From Eledone cirrhosa (lineage: Eukaryota): DNA of 64,000 nt. The notes beneath the pieces are model-generated. The model saw only the letters and a list, made by a program, of their open reading frames with translations, ran no database searches and had not been told where the DNA came from. The DNA lies in assembly GCA_964016885.1 (NCBI GenBank), contig OZ024757.1, positions 7,502,001 to 7,566,000 of the forward strand. The letters are read 5' to 3'. The position numbers and the translations under genes were made by a program. Each line of letters begins with the position of its first letter. The stretch's first letter is position 1. Shown here one piece after another: positions 1 through 13,015 of this stretch.

Positions 1-147
1 TATCTTGAAACATGTAGCTCACTCTATGTTATCTACACAATATTAACTTTCACTTTAACATGAGATAATTACTACATAAAATATAATTAGATTAATTAAT
101 TAAGATGGCAGGTACATGGTGTCGTTGATAGTGTTTCCTTTTCCAGA

Positions 148-370
148 TGGTGACATGACTTAAAAGTCCCCTACATAATTTAATACATTCAGAAACAACT
201 TCAGTTATATTACTTCACACATTCAATCAATAAGCTAATCTTTATTCAGATTTGTGTAAATAACATTCGGAATTTTATATAACTGTTAATATTAAACCAA
301 AATACATTATTAAAGGTAATAAAATATTTAAGAAATGGAAACGAAAAGAAGGAAAACAAATCAAGCAATG
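148..370. repeat. ZNF-locus-associated non-coding homology block, copy A
   Basis: AAAAGTCCCCTACATAATTTAATACATTCAGAAACAACTTC...AAAGGTAATAAAATATTTAAGAAATGGAAA recurs at ~3700-3897 and in part at 4780-5030, ~42180-42240 and ~60478-60535. Confidence 0.75.
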
Positions 371-1344
371 TCACTAATGGTAGAGGGAAAGGGACAGACA
401 CTATATTCCAGTCTGAGCTGTGATTCAGCCCCACCCTACAGAAACTATGTTTGGAAGGAAACCAGAGTAGAGGATGACCAAGAAAGTCAGGGGCAAATGT
501 TGTGAGAGCCGAACTCAAAACGCTAAAACTGGAAGAGATGAAGGAACGCATCTAGTGGAGAGATGCCATGCTGAGAAGGACCTGTACAACTGTTGCAAGC
601 ATGGAATAGTAGATATAATGATGATACACAAAATATACACTATACATATAAATACTATGTATATAGTGTATGTGCTACATATACACAATATATACACTAT
701 ATATAGAGTATATGCTACATATAGACAATATATAAACTATATATATACTACATACACATTATATATAATGTTGTCCCAGGGAATAGCTGAAACAGCTTGG
801 CGCTAATGACATCATAGATCATCATTTAATGTCTACTTTCCCTGCTAGCAAGGGTGGGACAGGTCTTTGCAAACCAGGGGGCAGTGGTTATTCTACATTC
901 TACTGAGTGTATTTTATTGTGGCACCAGTACTAAAGAGGTTGTCATGTCTTTGACAGAACTGAAGGGTCCTCCCAAACCTTTGTTTGTCAAGAGAAGAAA
1001 ATTGTAAAGTATTTTCAAATGTGAATTATTTCTATAAAAAAAAGTCATAATTTCAACTGTCATGAAAGTACCATCAACAAATATTAAAGTTATAAAATTG
1101 TTTTTATTTACACATAAATGTGGATATTTTGTCATAAATATAAACATAAACCAGTTAGTGTTTGTAAAATAACACATATAAACACATCAATCTTGTTTGT
1201 TTTTCTTATATTGATGGAGTCATAGGTGTGTCACTGTGGGCATTTGAAACTTGGTGGAGCCCTTCACTCACCAGGTTGGAACAGGTGATTTCTTCCAGAG
1301 AAGGAGAATAATAAATATTCATCAATATATATATATATTATTTC

Positions 1345-1575
1345 GTGGCATTCTTGAGATCATTAATCCCCAGCTGAACATCCCTAGACATCTGATCTAT
1401 GTAGGACATTTTCAGTCATCCCACTAGGGTCTTACTATGTTTGGGTATCCACCACAGGAGCCAGCTCATCAGGGCATCCATTCTTCGGTAGGAATGTCTG
1501 GTATGTCTTGTCCTCGGCTCCCTAGTTATTGTAGTAATCTTCAATATATGGCAGTATGTTTCTTGTTTGATTGAG
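1345..1575 (-). mobile_element. Degenerate non-LTR retrotransposon C-terminal fragment
   Basis: Minus-strand translation ...HSYRRMDALMSWLLWWIPKHSK...SYIDQMSRD resembles the LINE C-terminal 'GH.YR...LLW.P.HG...GRP..TYIDQL..D' pattern. Confidence 0.45.
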
Positions 1576-1599
1576 GAATATATATATATATATATACAT

Positions 1600-2101
1600 A
1601 GATGCATATGAAGGATGACAGCTGCATTAACAGGTGCAGAGTTCTATAAGTCGATGTAAGCCATGGGGTGGGGAGAACCAGGAAGACCTGAGATGAGGTG
1701 ATAAAGAATGACCTTGCCCAATTGTGCCTCTCAAATACAATGACACAGGACCGTGACCTCTGATGTCAGTCGGTAATACAGAAGACCTGACTTCACACGG
1801 GTACAAGCCGAAGCTGAAGCATATAGACAATATCTCCCCATCCCTACCCACTGCAAAAATGGTCATGGAGATATCACGACAAAAAAAATCACCCTGCCCG
1901 CACTGTAAAGTAGTCGTGTAGATACCATGGTAAAAAAAGCACCCACCACTCACTGTAAATGAGGTTTTGTGTTAGGAAGGGCATCCAGCTGTAGAAATCA
2001 AGCCAAAATCAGTTACCTGACCTGGCATTGCCCACAACAGGACAACCCGTCTAACTTATGCTAGCGTGGAAGAATGGAGTGAAAATCGTGATGATGATGA
2101 T
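1600..2101 (+). mobile_element. RTE-clade LINE 3' fragment
   Basis: MKDDSCI.RCR...GRP.KTW coding remnant, AGGAAGGGCATCCAGCTGTAGAAA 3'UTR motif, (GAT)n tail at ~2089-2101; homologous to 48385-48963. Confidence 0.85.
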
Positions 2102-2211
2102 AAGTATAAGATAAGGATTTTTCAAGCTTCACATTTCATATACTTCAGTCCAGAGTGTGTCTGTATATTTGTGTGTTTCACATTTCAGAGTGATGGGGTT
2201 TATCGCAAGTG

Positions 2212-3045
2212 TTAACTACGTAGGTGAACAACCAGTGACGAATTCTGAGAGAAAGATTTCCCACATATTTCACATGAATAAGGTTTTTCACAAGTGCGTT
2301 TTCTTTTGTGTTTTACAAGATGAGAACTATTAGGAAAAGATTTCCCACATATTTCACAATGGAAGGGTTTTTCACCCGTGTGTATTCTTTTGTGAACTAC
2401 AAGTGTAGAATTACTAGAAAAAGATTTCCCACATATTTCACAATGGAAGGGTTTTTCACCAGTGTGTGTTCTTTTGTGAACTACAAGTGTAGAATTACTA
2501 GAAAAAGATTTCTCACATATTTCACATGAATAAGGTTTTTCACCAGTGTGTATTTTTTTGTGATGTTCAAGATGAGAACTCTGAGAAAAAAATTTCCCAC
2601 ATATGTCACATGAAAAAGGCCTTTCTCCTGTGTGTATTCTTTTGTGCTGCACAAGAATAGAATTACTAGAAAAAGATTTCCCACATATTTCACACGAATA
2701 AGGTTTTTCACCAGTATGTATTCTTTTGTGATATACAAGATGAGAACTATTAGAAAAAAATTTCCCACATATTTCACATGAATAAGGTTTCTCTCCTGTG
2801 TGCATTATTTTGTGATCTACAAGATGAGGACCACGAGAAAAAGATTTCCCACATATTTCACATGCAAAAGGTTTTTCACCAGTGTGTGTTCTTATATGCC
2901 TTTTTAAATCACTGTTCAAGACAAAAGATTTCCCACATATTTCACAATGGAAGGGTTTTTCTCCTGTGTGTATTTTCTCGTGTGAGGATAGTTTCAGTTT
3001 TGAAGGGAAAGTTTTCCTACAAATCTCACAGCTATATTCAGACAT
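2212..3045 (-). CDS. Tandem C2H2 zinc-finger protein (277 aa, ~10 fingers, last two degenerate/truncated, no effector domain)
   Basis: ORF with repeated CxxC-12-HxxxH units and TGEKP linkers; candidate acceptor (tttcttaatgtatcag, minus strand) ending at ~3091. Confidence 0.93.
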   Translation of the reverse strand: MSEYSCEICRKTFPSKLKLSSHEKIHTGEKPFHCEICGKSFVLNSDLKRHIRTHTGEKPFACEICGKSFSRGPHLVDHKIMHTGEKPYSCEICGKFFSNSSHLVYHKRIHTGEKPYSCEICGKSFSSNSILVQHKRIHTGERPFSCDICGKFFSQSSHLEHHKKIHTGEKPYSCEICEKSFSSNSTLVVHKRTHTGEKPFHCEICGKSFSSNSTLVVHKRIHTGEKPFHCEICGKSFPNSSHLVKHKRKRTCEKPYSCEICGKSFSQNSSLVVHLRS

Positions 3046-3699
3046 ATTTCTAGCTAGTGATCTTTACATAAAGGATTCTCACTACTTTTACTGATACATT
3101 AAGAAATGTAGGTATCGTTAATAGATGCCATGTAGTCTAATATACAAAGGGTCCATAAAAGACTGCAGAAGTCCACTTTCTTCTTCTACAAAGTTGTAAT
3201 GTAGCATTTAGTTGGTACAAGTAATAAGACATATGTCAGCGTAAGACTGATCTTGGATGAAGAAAAGGCAAGTGCTTATATATATGTGTGTGTGTGTGTG
3301 ATTATTGTGGAATATACCATTATTATTATTGTTAAGGTGAGAGAAGCTCTGTTCACAATAAAATCCTCAGCTCATAAAACAGACGAATAAGACTTCTATA
3401 GTTAAGGTTCTTGTTATTTAGGACAGTTCAGGTGACGAGAGAATTAATATCCAAGATTTCAAAAGATGAAGGTTAATATATATACATATATATACAGACA
3501 TACAGTGTATACGTATAAGAGAGAGTAATAGACGTATGTGTGTGTGTGTAGAAATATGTGTGTAGGTGTTGTAATAAATCAAGATATTTCACTTCAGATA
3601 GAAAAGTTCACAATGTTTCTGTTGTGGTGGAAAACGAAATAATACGTACTTTAGTTGTCAAGACCAAATATAATATAATATTTCACCGTCAAGTTGACA

Positions 3700-3897
3700 C
3701 CGGTGTCATTACTTAATAGTCCCCATCATAATTTAATACATTCAGAAACAACTTCCGTTATATTACTTCACACCTTCAATCTATATGTTAGTTCTTTATT
3801 CAGATTTGTATAAATAACATTATTAATTTTACATAGTTGTTCATATTAAAACAAAACACAATATTAAAGGTAATAAAATATTTAAGAAATGGAAATG
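3700..3897. repeat. ZNF-locus-associated non-coding homology block, copy B
   Basis: Direct similarity to 148-370 and 4780-5030. Confidence 0.75.
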
Positions 3898-3986
3898 TAA
3901 AGTATTTTAAACATAAATGTGGATATAAATTGTAACGATGGAGCCATTGGAGATAACTTCAGAAACAACTTCCGTTGTATGAACTT

Positions 3987-4180
3987 GCAGAAATCTACCC
4001 GAAGGGAGCATGTGTAGTGTGTATATTGATATTATACGCAGGTATATATGATACATGTATATATATACCTGCGTATAATATCAATATACACACTACATAT
4101 GCTATCTTCGGGTGGTTTTCTGCTAGCATGTGTAGTGTGTATATTGATATTATACGCAAGTATATATATATACATGTAGA
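3987..4180. repeat. Fold-back (3987-4124) followed by a third, direct copy of the arm
   Basis: AGCATGTGTAGTGTGTATATTGATATTATACGCA occurs at ~4008 (+), reverse-complemented at ~4070-4104, and again at ~4125 (+). Confidence 0.85.
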
Positions 4181-4220
4181 TATGATACATCAAATAAAAT
4201 CGTAATTTACAATATATAAT

Positions 4221-4409
4221 TGTTTCAACGTTAGGCACAAGGCCAGTAATTTACCAGTGTATTACTGGTACTTTATTTTATCGACCCCGTAAGGATGAAA
4301 GGCAAAGTTAGCATCGGCGGGATTTGAACTCAGAATGGCAAGGGCCGTAACTTTATGCGTCAAAGCATGGCGTCCGACCCTCTACCAATACTGCCAATCC
4401 ACCGCCTTG
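4221..4409 (-). mobile_element. tRNA-derived SINE family 1 (central GCCTTTCATCC..GGGGTCGATAAAATAAAGTACC, Meta-domain-like), full length
   Basis: A-box-like GGCGGTGGATTGGCAG, B-box GAGTTCAAATCCC; TSD ACAATATATAAT at 4209-4220 and 4410-4421. Confidence 0.9.
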
Positions 4410-4844
4410 ACAATATATAATACACAGAAATTGAACAAAGACTGTGTTACACTGTCTTATGTAATCAGTAACGTAATCCATGATACATTAAAAAAGACGA
4501 TATTATATATAAACTGCATTAGGAGGAAATTAGTGACAGAAAATTAATAGTTTATTGAAGTGATGGCCAACCGGAAGTGTTGACATTTCAGAAATCTTAA
4601 AGAAGTGAATCTTTAAACAAACAAAATATATTTAATCAACAGCCACGAAATTTAGTAGATAAATTATGTAATATTCATTCATTATTTATTCAAAGTAATC
4701 CAACTTATTTTACTAATGGGATAAACAATTATAAACCGTACGCAGTCCCACGCTCCTCCTTTTATTATAGTTTAGATTCATACGTTCAATAGATATGCTA
4801 GTACTTTATTCAGATTTGAATAAATAACGTTATTAATTTTATAT

Positions 4845-4934
4845 TGACTTTGCCTTTCATCCTGACGGGGTCGATAAAATAAAGTACCAGTAATGCACTG
4901 GGTATTTGCTGGCCTTGTGCCTAAAGTAGAAACA
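4845..4934 (+). mobile_element. SINE family 1, 5'-truncated
   Basis: TSD GTTATTAATTTTATAT at 4829-4844 and 4935-4950. Confidence 0.88.
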
Positions 4935-5042
4935 GTTATTAATTTTATATAACTGTTCATATTAAACCAAAACACATTATTAAAGGTAATAAAATATTTA
5001 AGTAATGGAAAAAAAAAAAACGAATCAAGCAACGAAAATAAT

Positions 5043-5221
5043 TGTTTCTACTTTTGGCACAAGGCCAGCAATTATCCCAGTGTATTACTGGTACTTTATT
5101 TTATCGATCTCGTAAGGATGAAAAGCAAAGTTAACTCTGGCGGGATTTGAACTCAGATCATAAAGGGAGGTAACTCTATGCTACAAAGCATGGCGTCCGA
5201 CGCTCTACTGTACTGCCAATC
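5043..5221 (-). mobile_element. SINE family 1
   Basis: TSD CAACGAAAATAAT at 5030-5042 and 5222-5234. Confidence 0.9.
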
Positions 5222-5486
5222 CAACGAAAATAATGGGAGAGGGACAGACTTTATATTTCAGTCTGAGCTGTGATGTAGCCCCACCCTACAGACAAAATGA
5301 CAAAGGTGTTACCACAGAGAATAGCCAGAGACACCCACTACAACATCCACCCCACCTCATGGGACTACTTCCTCAAGGGGGCTGCTGTGTTTCTAATTTT
5401 GAGAAGGAAATCAGCAGTGTGGGGACAAAGAGGAAGTGGTTTGTCAGGCCCCAGTATTTAACTATCTTCCTCTTCTCTCTATTGCT

Positions 5487-6165
5487 GGTAGTAAAGCTTG
5501 GGTTTGTGGCTGCAGTGAAAATGTTGGAGGCAGGGAATGATCCAACCCATGCTAAACCTCCAACTAAAGCTGATACTTATCTTTTTCAGCTGTGGAGATT
5601 AGAGACATGTGGAATGATGTGTCTTGCTTAAGGACACAATGTACCTCCCTAACTGAGAATTGAACACATAATAGGATCTATGACATCCCTATATATATAT
5701 ATATGCGTATGTATACACATTTATAAATATGTGTGTGTAAGTACATATGCATCATCATCATCATCGTTTAACGTCCATCTTCCACGCTTGCATGGGTTTG
5801 CACGGGAGTTTTCCCACTTGAGGCAAGAGTGGTTGTCTTGCTCGTATAGGACTGTCTGGCAGGTTTTCTACAGTTGGATGCCCTTCCTAACACCACCACA
5901 TTTACAGTGTGGGACTGGGAGGTTTTTACCGTGTTGCCTACACGGCCACATTACAGCGGGTTTTCTACAGCTGGATGCCCTTGCAGGTAGTAAAGCCTGG
6001 GTTTGTGGCTGCAGGGAAAATGTTGGAGGCAGAGAATGATCCAACCTATGCTAAACCTCCAACTAAAGCTGATACTTGTCTTTTTCAGCTGTGGAGATTA
6101 GAGACATGTGGAATGATGTGTCTTGCTTAAGGACACAATGTACCTCCCTAACTGAGAATTGAAAA
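5487..6165. repeat. ~180-bp direct duplication (5487-5665 / 5986-6165) enclosing an RTE 3' tail (5751-5985, minus)
   Basis: GGTAGTAAAGC.TGGGTTTGTGGCTGCAG...CTAACTGAGAATTGAA present twice; (CAT)n plus RTE 3'UTR between them. Confidence 0.85.
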
Positions 6166-6498
6166 CATGATATTACCATATTGTACGACTTCACTATAAA
6201 ATATATATGTGTTTGTATACATATATATAGTATATATTTGTGTGTATACATTGTCTCATTCCATGAGAGTAACCTGGTCAGTCTATGAACTCCTCATCTG
6301 ACCCTTCTATATGTATATACATGTTTGTCAGTGTGTGTGTACATATGTATATAGAATATTGTCACAACTACTATATACACCACATATACACTATATATAA
6401 TATTGTCCAATATATATAGACTATATGTCATGTTGTCCAAGGGAAAGGCTGATATAGATCAGCACCAGTGACATTACAACTATTATATACACTATATA

Positions 6499-9400
6499 TC
6501 ATCATCATCATTATCATTTAACGTCTATCTTCCACGCTAGCATGGGTTAGACGGGAATTGTCCTACTTCAGGCAAGATTGATCAGGTGACAGTGTCTCGC
6601 TCGTATAGGACTGTATCTGGCAGGTTTTCTAAGGCGGGATGCCCTTCCTAACACCAACCACATTTCCAGTGTGGACTGGGAGTCTTTTCGTGATGACACC
6701 TACACTACCTCTTTAGTTTGGACTGGATGTTGTGGTACCAACATAACTTTACAGAGACAGGGTGGTGTTGGTGGGAGTGAGAGGATGGAGTAAGGGTTGT
6801 GGGTTGGATCTATATTTGGTTAGGAGGGGCCTACTGACTGTCGGTTAACTTTGCACGTAGGGAAGGCAGGTCTTCTCTGTTACTGTGTGGTACCATAGAT
6901 CTCAATCCAGTGACATTGTCTAAGAGAGGTGTAAGTGTGCAAGGTTGGATTTTATGTCGTCCCAGGTTTTTCTGGGTCTACCTACTCCGTAACTTCCATC
7001 AATTTTGATCACCCTGCACATTTTTATAAAGCTGTCATCTTTCATGCGCATCACATGACCCTACCAACGTAATCTTCACTCAAGTAAACAGCATCTGATC
7101 CCTCTTATTTCTAATTCTCACTTAGTTCTTTTATGTTTTACCGTTCATGTATATTACAATTACACGTCCAACAGAGCATGCATGCTTTGTTCCTTTCCAA
7201 TCTGTGCAGGTCCTCTGCACACAATGCCCATGTCTCACTGCCATGTAAAATTGCTGTTCGTATGCACGCATCATACAATCTGCCTTTCATTTTTAGAGAA
7301 ACTTTTTGTGTCTAGCAGCGGTATTAGCTCTCTGAGCTTTTTCCATCCCGTTCTAACTCTGGCTACTACACTTTCAGAGCACCCTCCCCCACTGCTGATT
7401 TTGTCACCCAGGCAACGGAAAGTGTCCACTATTTCTATAGAACCATCTGGGCAGTAGAAGGTGCTAGTATCCTGTGGGTACTTGCTGCTTATTTCACCTG
7501 AGCATCGGCCACATATAAAATCTACATTCTTAGATAGCTTACCTGTGATCTCACTACATCTTTTATGTACCCATAGTTTGCATTTGGGACATAGAATGGA
7601 ATTTCTACCTACTCCTTTCCTACAAACAGAGCATGGCACCAGTGCCCTATTTTCTTTTCTACATACTAGACCTTTAGTCTTAGACAAGTTAACTTTGAGG
7701 CCTTTTGATTCAAGGCTATGCCTCCATTTCTGGAATTTCTTCTGTAGTTCAGCCATAGATTCGGCTAGGAGAGTTAGATCATCTGCATATAAAAGTTCCC
7801 ATGGGCAGCTAATCTTAAAGCCCTCTATTATAGCCTTGAAGGGCAATAATAAACAGGAGGAATCTAAGGATGGGGCCTTGCTGAACACCTACTTTTACAC
7901 TAAATTCTTCACTATATTCATTGTTAATTCTAACCTTGCTGACTGTTTCTTTATACATGGCTTTTAGAGCTCTCACAAGCCATTCATCTACTCCTACATG
8001 TCTAAGGGCCCACCAGATAATGGAGCGGGTGTGACTGTCAAAGGCTTTCTCCAAGTCAACAAAAGCTAAGTATAAGGGGTTTACTTTTAACTGGGTACTT
8101 CTCCTGTAGTTGCTGTACAAGGAAAAAATGCATCTGTGGTACTTTTACCTGGCACGAACCCAAACTGCATTTCATCTAGATCAATTCTGTCTCTGATTAG
8201 TTGTGCTATAACTCTTTCTGTGACCTTCATGACCTGGTCAATTAATTTAATGCCTCTATAGTTTCCCCTATCTAGAACATCCCCTTTAACCTTGTAGCAG
8301 TTAATGATGATGATGCTGTTATGCCAGTCATTTGGTATAACCCCATTCTGTATGACATGGTTTACTATCTCGGTGACCATAGTATGTCCCACCGATCCAG
8401 ATGCTTTCAACATTTCAGCAACTATCTCTGAAGGCCCAGCCGCCTTACCCGTCTTCATATCTTTGATTGCCTTACTTATTATACAACCTTCAACTTGCAC
8501 TGCTGGTTCCTCTATTGGATTGATTTGGGGCAGACTATCTTTTTCCGACTTATTCTCCTCATTTAGTAGCCTCTCGTAGTGACACTTCCAAGCTACCTTC
8601 TTATCAGTATCAGTGATGACAAGTATACCATCATCATTACGGGCACACTTCTCCCCGACAATATCACGGTTTTCCTTGACACATTGCCTAGCAATCCTGA
8701 ACACCTCACGTTTTTGGTCCTCGCGTTGTAGAACATGCTTGAACTTTATTTCTTCTGCTTCCCTTCTTGCAAAGTACACTTGTCTCCTAGCTTCCCTCCT
8801 GGCCACTTGATATTCTTCTCTGCTTCCCCCATCCCGCCATACTTTACAAGCTCTCTTTTTGGCCTTGATTGACTCCTCCACCTTACTGTTCCACCACCAA
8901 GTTATTCTCCTCCTGCCTATAGGTCTGCTCCAGCTATAGATTTCATCTGTCGCCTTCAGCAAGTTAACTTTCAGGAATTCCCACTGTTCCTCTATACTGT
9001 ATGTCTCTAATTGCTCTTCTTTACTGTCAAAAGCATCAAGTAATTTGCTTTTAAATTTGTTACGGGCTGTGGGGTCCTTTAACTTTCATATTCTTCTTCT
9101 CAGGGTAGTCCTCCTCTGTTGTCGAATACGTCTCGTCCTGACTATGAGGTCACTAACTATGAGCTATGTTGGGAGGTGCATTCTTCACGGGGGAGGGAAA
9201 TAGTGTTTACAACAGACACTTTTTCACATCTTCTGGTAGGGATATAATCTATCTGAATGGCATGTTCCCCTGATCTATAGGTGATCAAGTGATTGTCTGG
9301 TCTTTTAAAGTTTGTGTTACAGATAGTTAGGTTATTAGAGTTACAGAATTCCAGGATTCTAAAGCCTTCCTCATTTCTGATACCAAACCTGTAGCCACTA

Positions 9401-9570
9401 TGGATTCCATCATAGCTATCATAATGTTGTCCAACATGACCATTTAGGTCGCCAACAATTATGTTGTCACTGTCGGTTAGTTGGGAGGTAGTGAGCATTA
9501 GCGACTCTTAGAATATGTCTTTAAGAACGCGAAGCAGTCCACATTGGGGTGTGTAAGCAGATATTATTGT
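6499..9570 (-). mobile_element. RTE-clade LINE, near full length, frameshifted (APE endonuclease + RT + Cys/His insert)
   Basis: Motifs GDLNGHVG, QIDYI (APE), NYRGIKLI, QFGF, AFVDLEKAFD, LLYADD (RT), RCLG; (CAT)n tail at ~6499-6517. Confidence 0.95.
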
Positions 9571-10307
9571 CCCCCTTTGCCCACCCGTCTCTTAAAGTAG
9601 CAGTAAAACATTGAACAATATTGAGTCAGCTTTTATAAAGTCGTTTGTCAAACGAGAGAACAGAGAGACAATACCAGTAACCACGAGAGAGACAACCAAC
9701 CAACCATAATTATATAATAAATCAAAGTGAAAACAAAACAATATAATTCAACAGATTTTTCCAGATAAATCTTGCAAAACAATTTTTACCACCACCACCA
9801 CCAACATAATTTCATCAACACACATATTATACATATATATACATATATATACATATATATCTTTCATTTTCTAACCTTAATCCCTAACAAATCCCACCCC
9901 TCCAGTTCTAAAAATAGCAAATTCTTCCAGAAAGATAGACAGGGAAAAAGCAGCATAAAACAGAGAAGAGAGGAACCCAGTATTTGACTGGTACTTTTAT
10001 TCATAAAAAGATAAAGTGAGAAAAATAGAGAGGAAGAATTCACATCAGTATTCCACTGGTACTTTTTTTATCAACCTCCAAGGGATGAAAGGCAAAGTTG
10101 ACCTCGGCGGGATTTCAACTCAGAGAGCATAGAACAAAAAGGAATACTGCAAGGTATTCTAATAACTCCCACCTTATATGAGATTTTATATATATATATA
10201 ACAATTGTATATATGCATGTGTGTATATACAACAAAATGATGAAATTAATTAAATGGAAAATGTTTCCCCAATACAAAACGTAAAAATAAACTCTATAAC
10301 TATCTCC

Positions 10308-10672
10308 TACTCTCTTTACATCTATTACAGTGTCTCCCTCTATATATACACGTATATATGCACTAGATTTTATAAGAAATCTACGTAATAATATAATTAA
10401 CAATAGTTGATGAATTAGACCAGAGTTAATTAAACAATAAATATGAATGAAATGGCAGTAGATGGCGAAACTTGAGTGTTGTGTGTGCATACATATATAT
10501 GAGGTAAACTGGTTCAAATACTGTCAGGATTATATTGGATCAAAGACTGTATTAAATAGAAAGTAAAAAATGAAGTGAAAATATAAAAACAAACTGAAAA
10601 TTTCCCCATCCCTAGAAAAATTCATATCTTGTTATATATAGATAATTGGCGATTTAAATTGAATAAATATTC

Positions 10673-10726
<54 letters not shown>

Positions 10727-10850
10727 GTACACTGATATATATGTGTGTGCATATATATATATATATGTACATATATGTATGTGTATATATATATATATAT
10801 ATAGATATCAACTTCATCATACGTCCGCTTTTCCATGCTTGCAAGGGTGG
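10308..10850. repeat. ~550-bp direct duplication, copy 1 (copy 2 at ~15112-15683)
   Basis: Near-identical from CTCTCTTTACATCTATTACAGTGTCTCC to CATACGTCC.CTTTTCCATGCTT.CAAGGGTGG; (TA)n lengths differ. Confidence 0.9.
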
Positions 10851-11025
10851 AGCCCTTCACTGATCAGGTTTCAACAGTTGATTTCTTCCAGACAAGGAGA
10901 GAGAAAGAAATAGAGAAGAACAACCCCTTATAAAAATACACCCTCACAGACATACATTTACACAAACACACACTCATGATATTGTTCAGTGAATTAAAAA
11001 TGGGAGGGTAAAACAAGTATAACGT

Positions 11026-11690
11026 TTTATTTATTTATTAACAACACAGTTTAACTCATTTGTATAATTAGAAGGAAAACACAAACAAATATAATATATA
11101 CGAAGGAAAGGGGAAAATACACAAGCAGGTAATACCCACATCTTAGACCATAGAACAAGATGCAGACGAAAGAATGGAAAACGTGCCGCTACCAGAGCAA
11201 AAGATAGCAATATAGCGAGGAACACTGGGAAGCCTCTCTAATAATATTTGTGGCAGGCCAGCACGCTCACAGCGTTACCTGGAGTAATGGCGAGGCTGAG
11301 GTGCTGGAATAACCAAGTGCCCTCACGATAATCAACAGTTACCTCTGTTTGGTGAGCCACCAGTGAAGATAAGAAGCTCGCTGTCAGTAGCCCGACTCCC
11401 CCAGGCTGGATATTGTAGTTAGCTGACAGAACACAGTATTTTAGGATTTTGTTCCATTCAGCTGCGGATGCTGTAGCTCTCGCCCTTACCGCTGCATCCA
11501 GAATGTGGGAAGAAGCAAAAGAATCACTAACTGTGACGTCCCAGGTAAGGCACCTGCCTCTTGACCGTGAAGTCTTTTCCCATCAATTCTGGACAACCCA
11601 GACGGTTTCAAAATTGAGGGGATGTATGCCCGGACCAAAGCTCATGAGTGGTAATAGGACAGTGTGTGTATGTGAACGTGCGAGTTTGTC
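11026..11690 (-). mobile_element. CRE-clade-like non-LTR retrotransposon 3' fragment (restriction-like endonuclease region)
   Basis: Minus translation RGRCLTWDVTVSDSFASSH...AAEWNKILKY...WLFQHLSLAITPGNAVSVL matches the CRE C-terminal 'WD.T..D...K..KY...FQRLS.AIQRGNA' pattern; AATAAA repeats at the 3' end. Confidence 0.75.
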
Positions 11691-11829
11691 GGCGTTCTTA
11701 AATTAGAGACACGTGTGTGTCACTGTTTTTAAGTTAGACATATGTGTGTATCCCTTTCCTTCCTTTTACACACACATACACATTGTGTGATGGACGGGTG
11801 GACAGAAGTCCCTCAAATTTATATACATG

Positions 11830-12465
11830 TGAATGAAGTTCTACTGAAGCAGGTAGAGAGGTTCAAGTATCTTGGAGCTGTGTTCATGAGTGATGGAATG
11901 CAGGATGCTAAATTAAGTGCAAGAACTGCAAAAGCTGATGCAGTAATGCCTCAGCATTCAGCAATCAGAAGAAAGGGGGTAGGTGTAAAAGCCAAACTCG
12001 ATGTCTTCCTGGTACTCCTGCCAACTCTTACCGAGGATCATGAATCTGGAGTAATGACCAAAAGAATACAATTGCAAATAAATGTGGCAGAAATGGGATT
12101 CCTCCGAAGGTTCTTTGGAGTAACGTTACTCGATAAAGTGCATAACCCAGAGAACAGAGTCACTCCTGGTAGAGCTACTAATTCTCTGAATTGAGAGATC
12201 CCAACTCTGATATTATGAGTATGTGGTTAGAATGTCTCAGTAAAGAATCGCTGGACACATTTTTACAGGCAAAACCAACCGTCAAGAGACTCAGAGGTAG
12301 ACCCTGAGCAAGATAGTTGGATAACATCCATGAGCTTAGCTGGTCACGCTTTGGGATCCAGCTGCATCAGCTAGAGATGTTTGCTACTGACAGACTCGCT
12401 GGAAGAGTGTTTGAGAAGGACTCTGCCCCCACGACCCTATCAGAAATAAGTGGGCGAAGAAAAAG
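11830..12465 (+). mobile_element. RTE-clade (Expander/Rex3-like) LINE 3' fragment, distinct subfamily
   Basis: QVERFKYLG...LPTLT..HESGVMTKRI...AEMGFLRR; related 3' end at ~28800-29050. Confidence 0.8.
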
Positions 12466-12702
12466 ATATTGTCAATTTACTTTTCAATTTACATATATAT
12501 ATATTTGCACACTACACATGCTAGCAGATATATCGATATATAAAAAACAGAAACAATAACAAATATATATACTCTTAAAAATAAAATTAAAATTAAATTA
12601 CTTAATTAGCTTTCTATATCCTGTTACGACAAACACGTGTCTCGTCGGAAATATCTAAGAGACCTAAAATAAATCCCGTAAACGAGAAAATTGAAAAATA
12701 AT

Positions 12703-12889
12703 TGTTTCTACGTTAGGCACAAGGCCAGCAATTACCCAGTGTATTACTGGTACTTTATTTTATCGACCCAGTAAGGATGAAAGGCAAAGTTAACCTCGGC
12801 GGGATTTGAACTCAGAATGGCAAGGGCTGTAACTCTATGCGTCAAAGCATGGCATCCGACCCTCTACCAATACTGCCAATCCACCGCCC
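12703..12889 (-). mobile_element. SINE family 1, full length
   Basis: TSD GAAAATTGAAAAATAAT at 12686-12702 and 12892-12908. Confidence 0.9.
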
Positions 12890-12931
12890 TTGAAAATTGA
12901 AAAATAATCACGTCTAAATATATGTACTTAC

Positions 12932-13015
12932 CTTTTACAGGTGTTGTTGATGAAGGTAATGAGTTAACTCCGGTAAAAATCCAAGATTTGTGTCGATTAG
13001 AATTTCACTTTGGCA
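12932..13015 (-). other. Candidate non-coding exon (possible 5'UTR exon of the 2212-3045 ZNF)
   Basis: Consensus donor AAG|GTAAGT on the minus strand at 12931; unique sequence. Confidence 0.35.

Noticed and set aside
1440-1480. CTGATGA on the minus strand as a possible hammerhead core
   Set aside because: No properly spaced stem II and GAAA; lies within a LINE coding remnant
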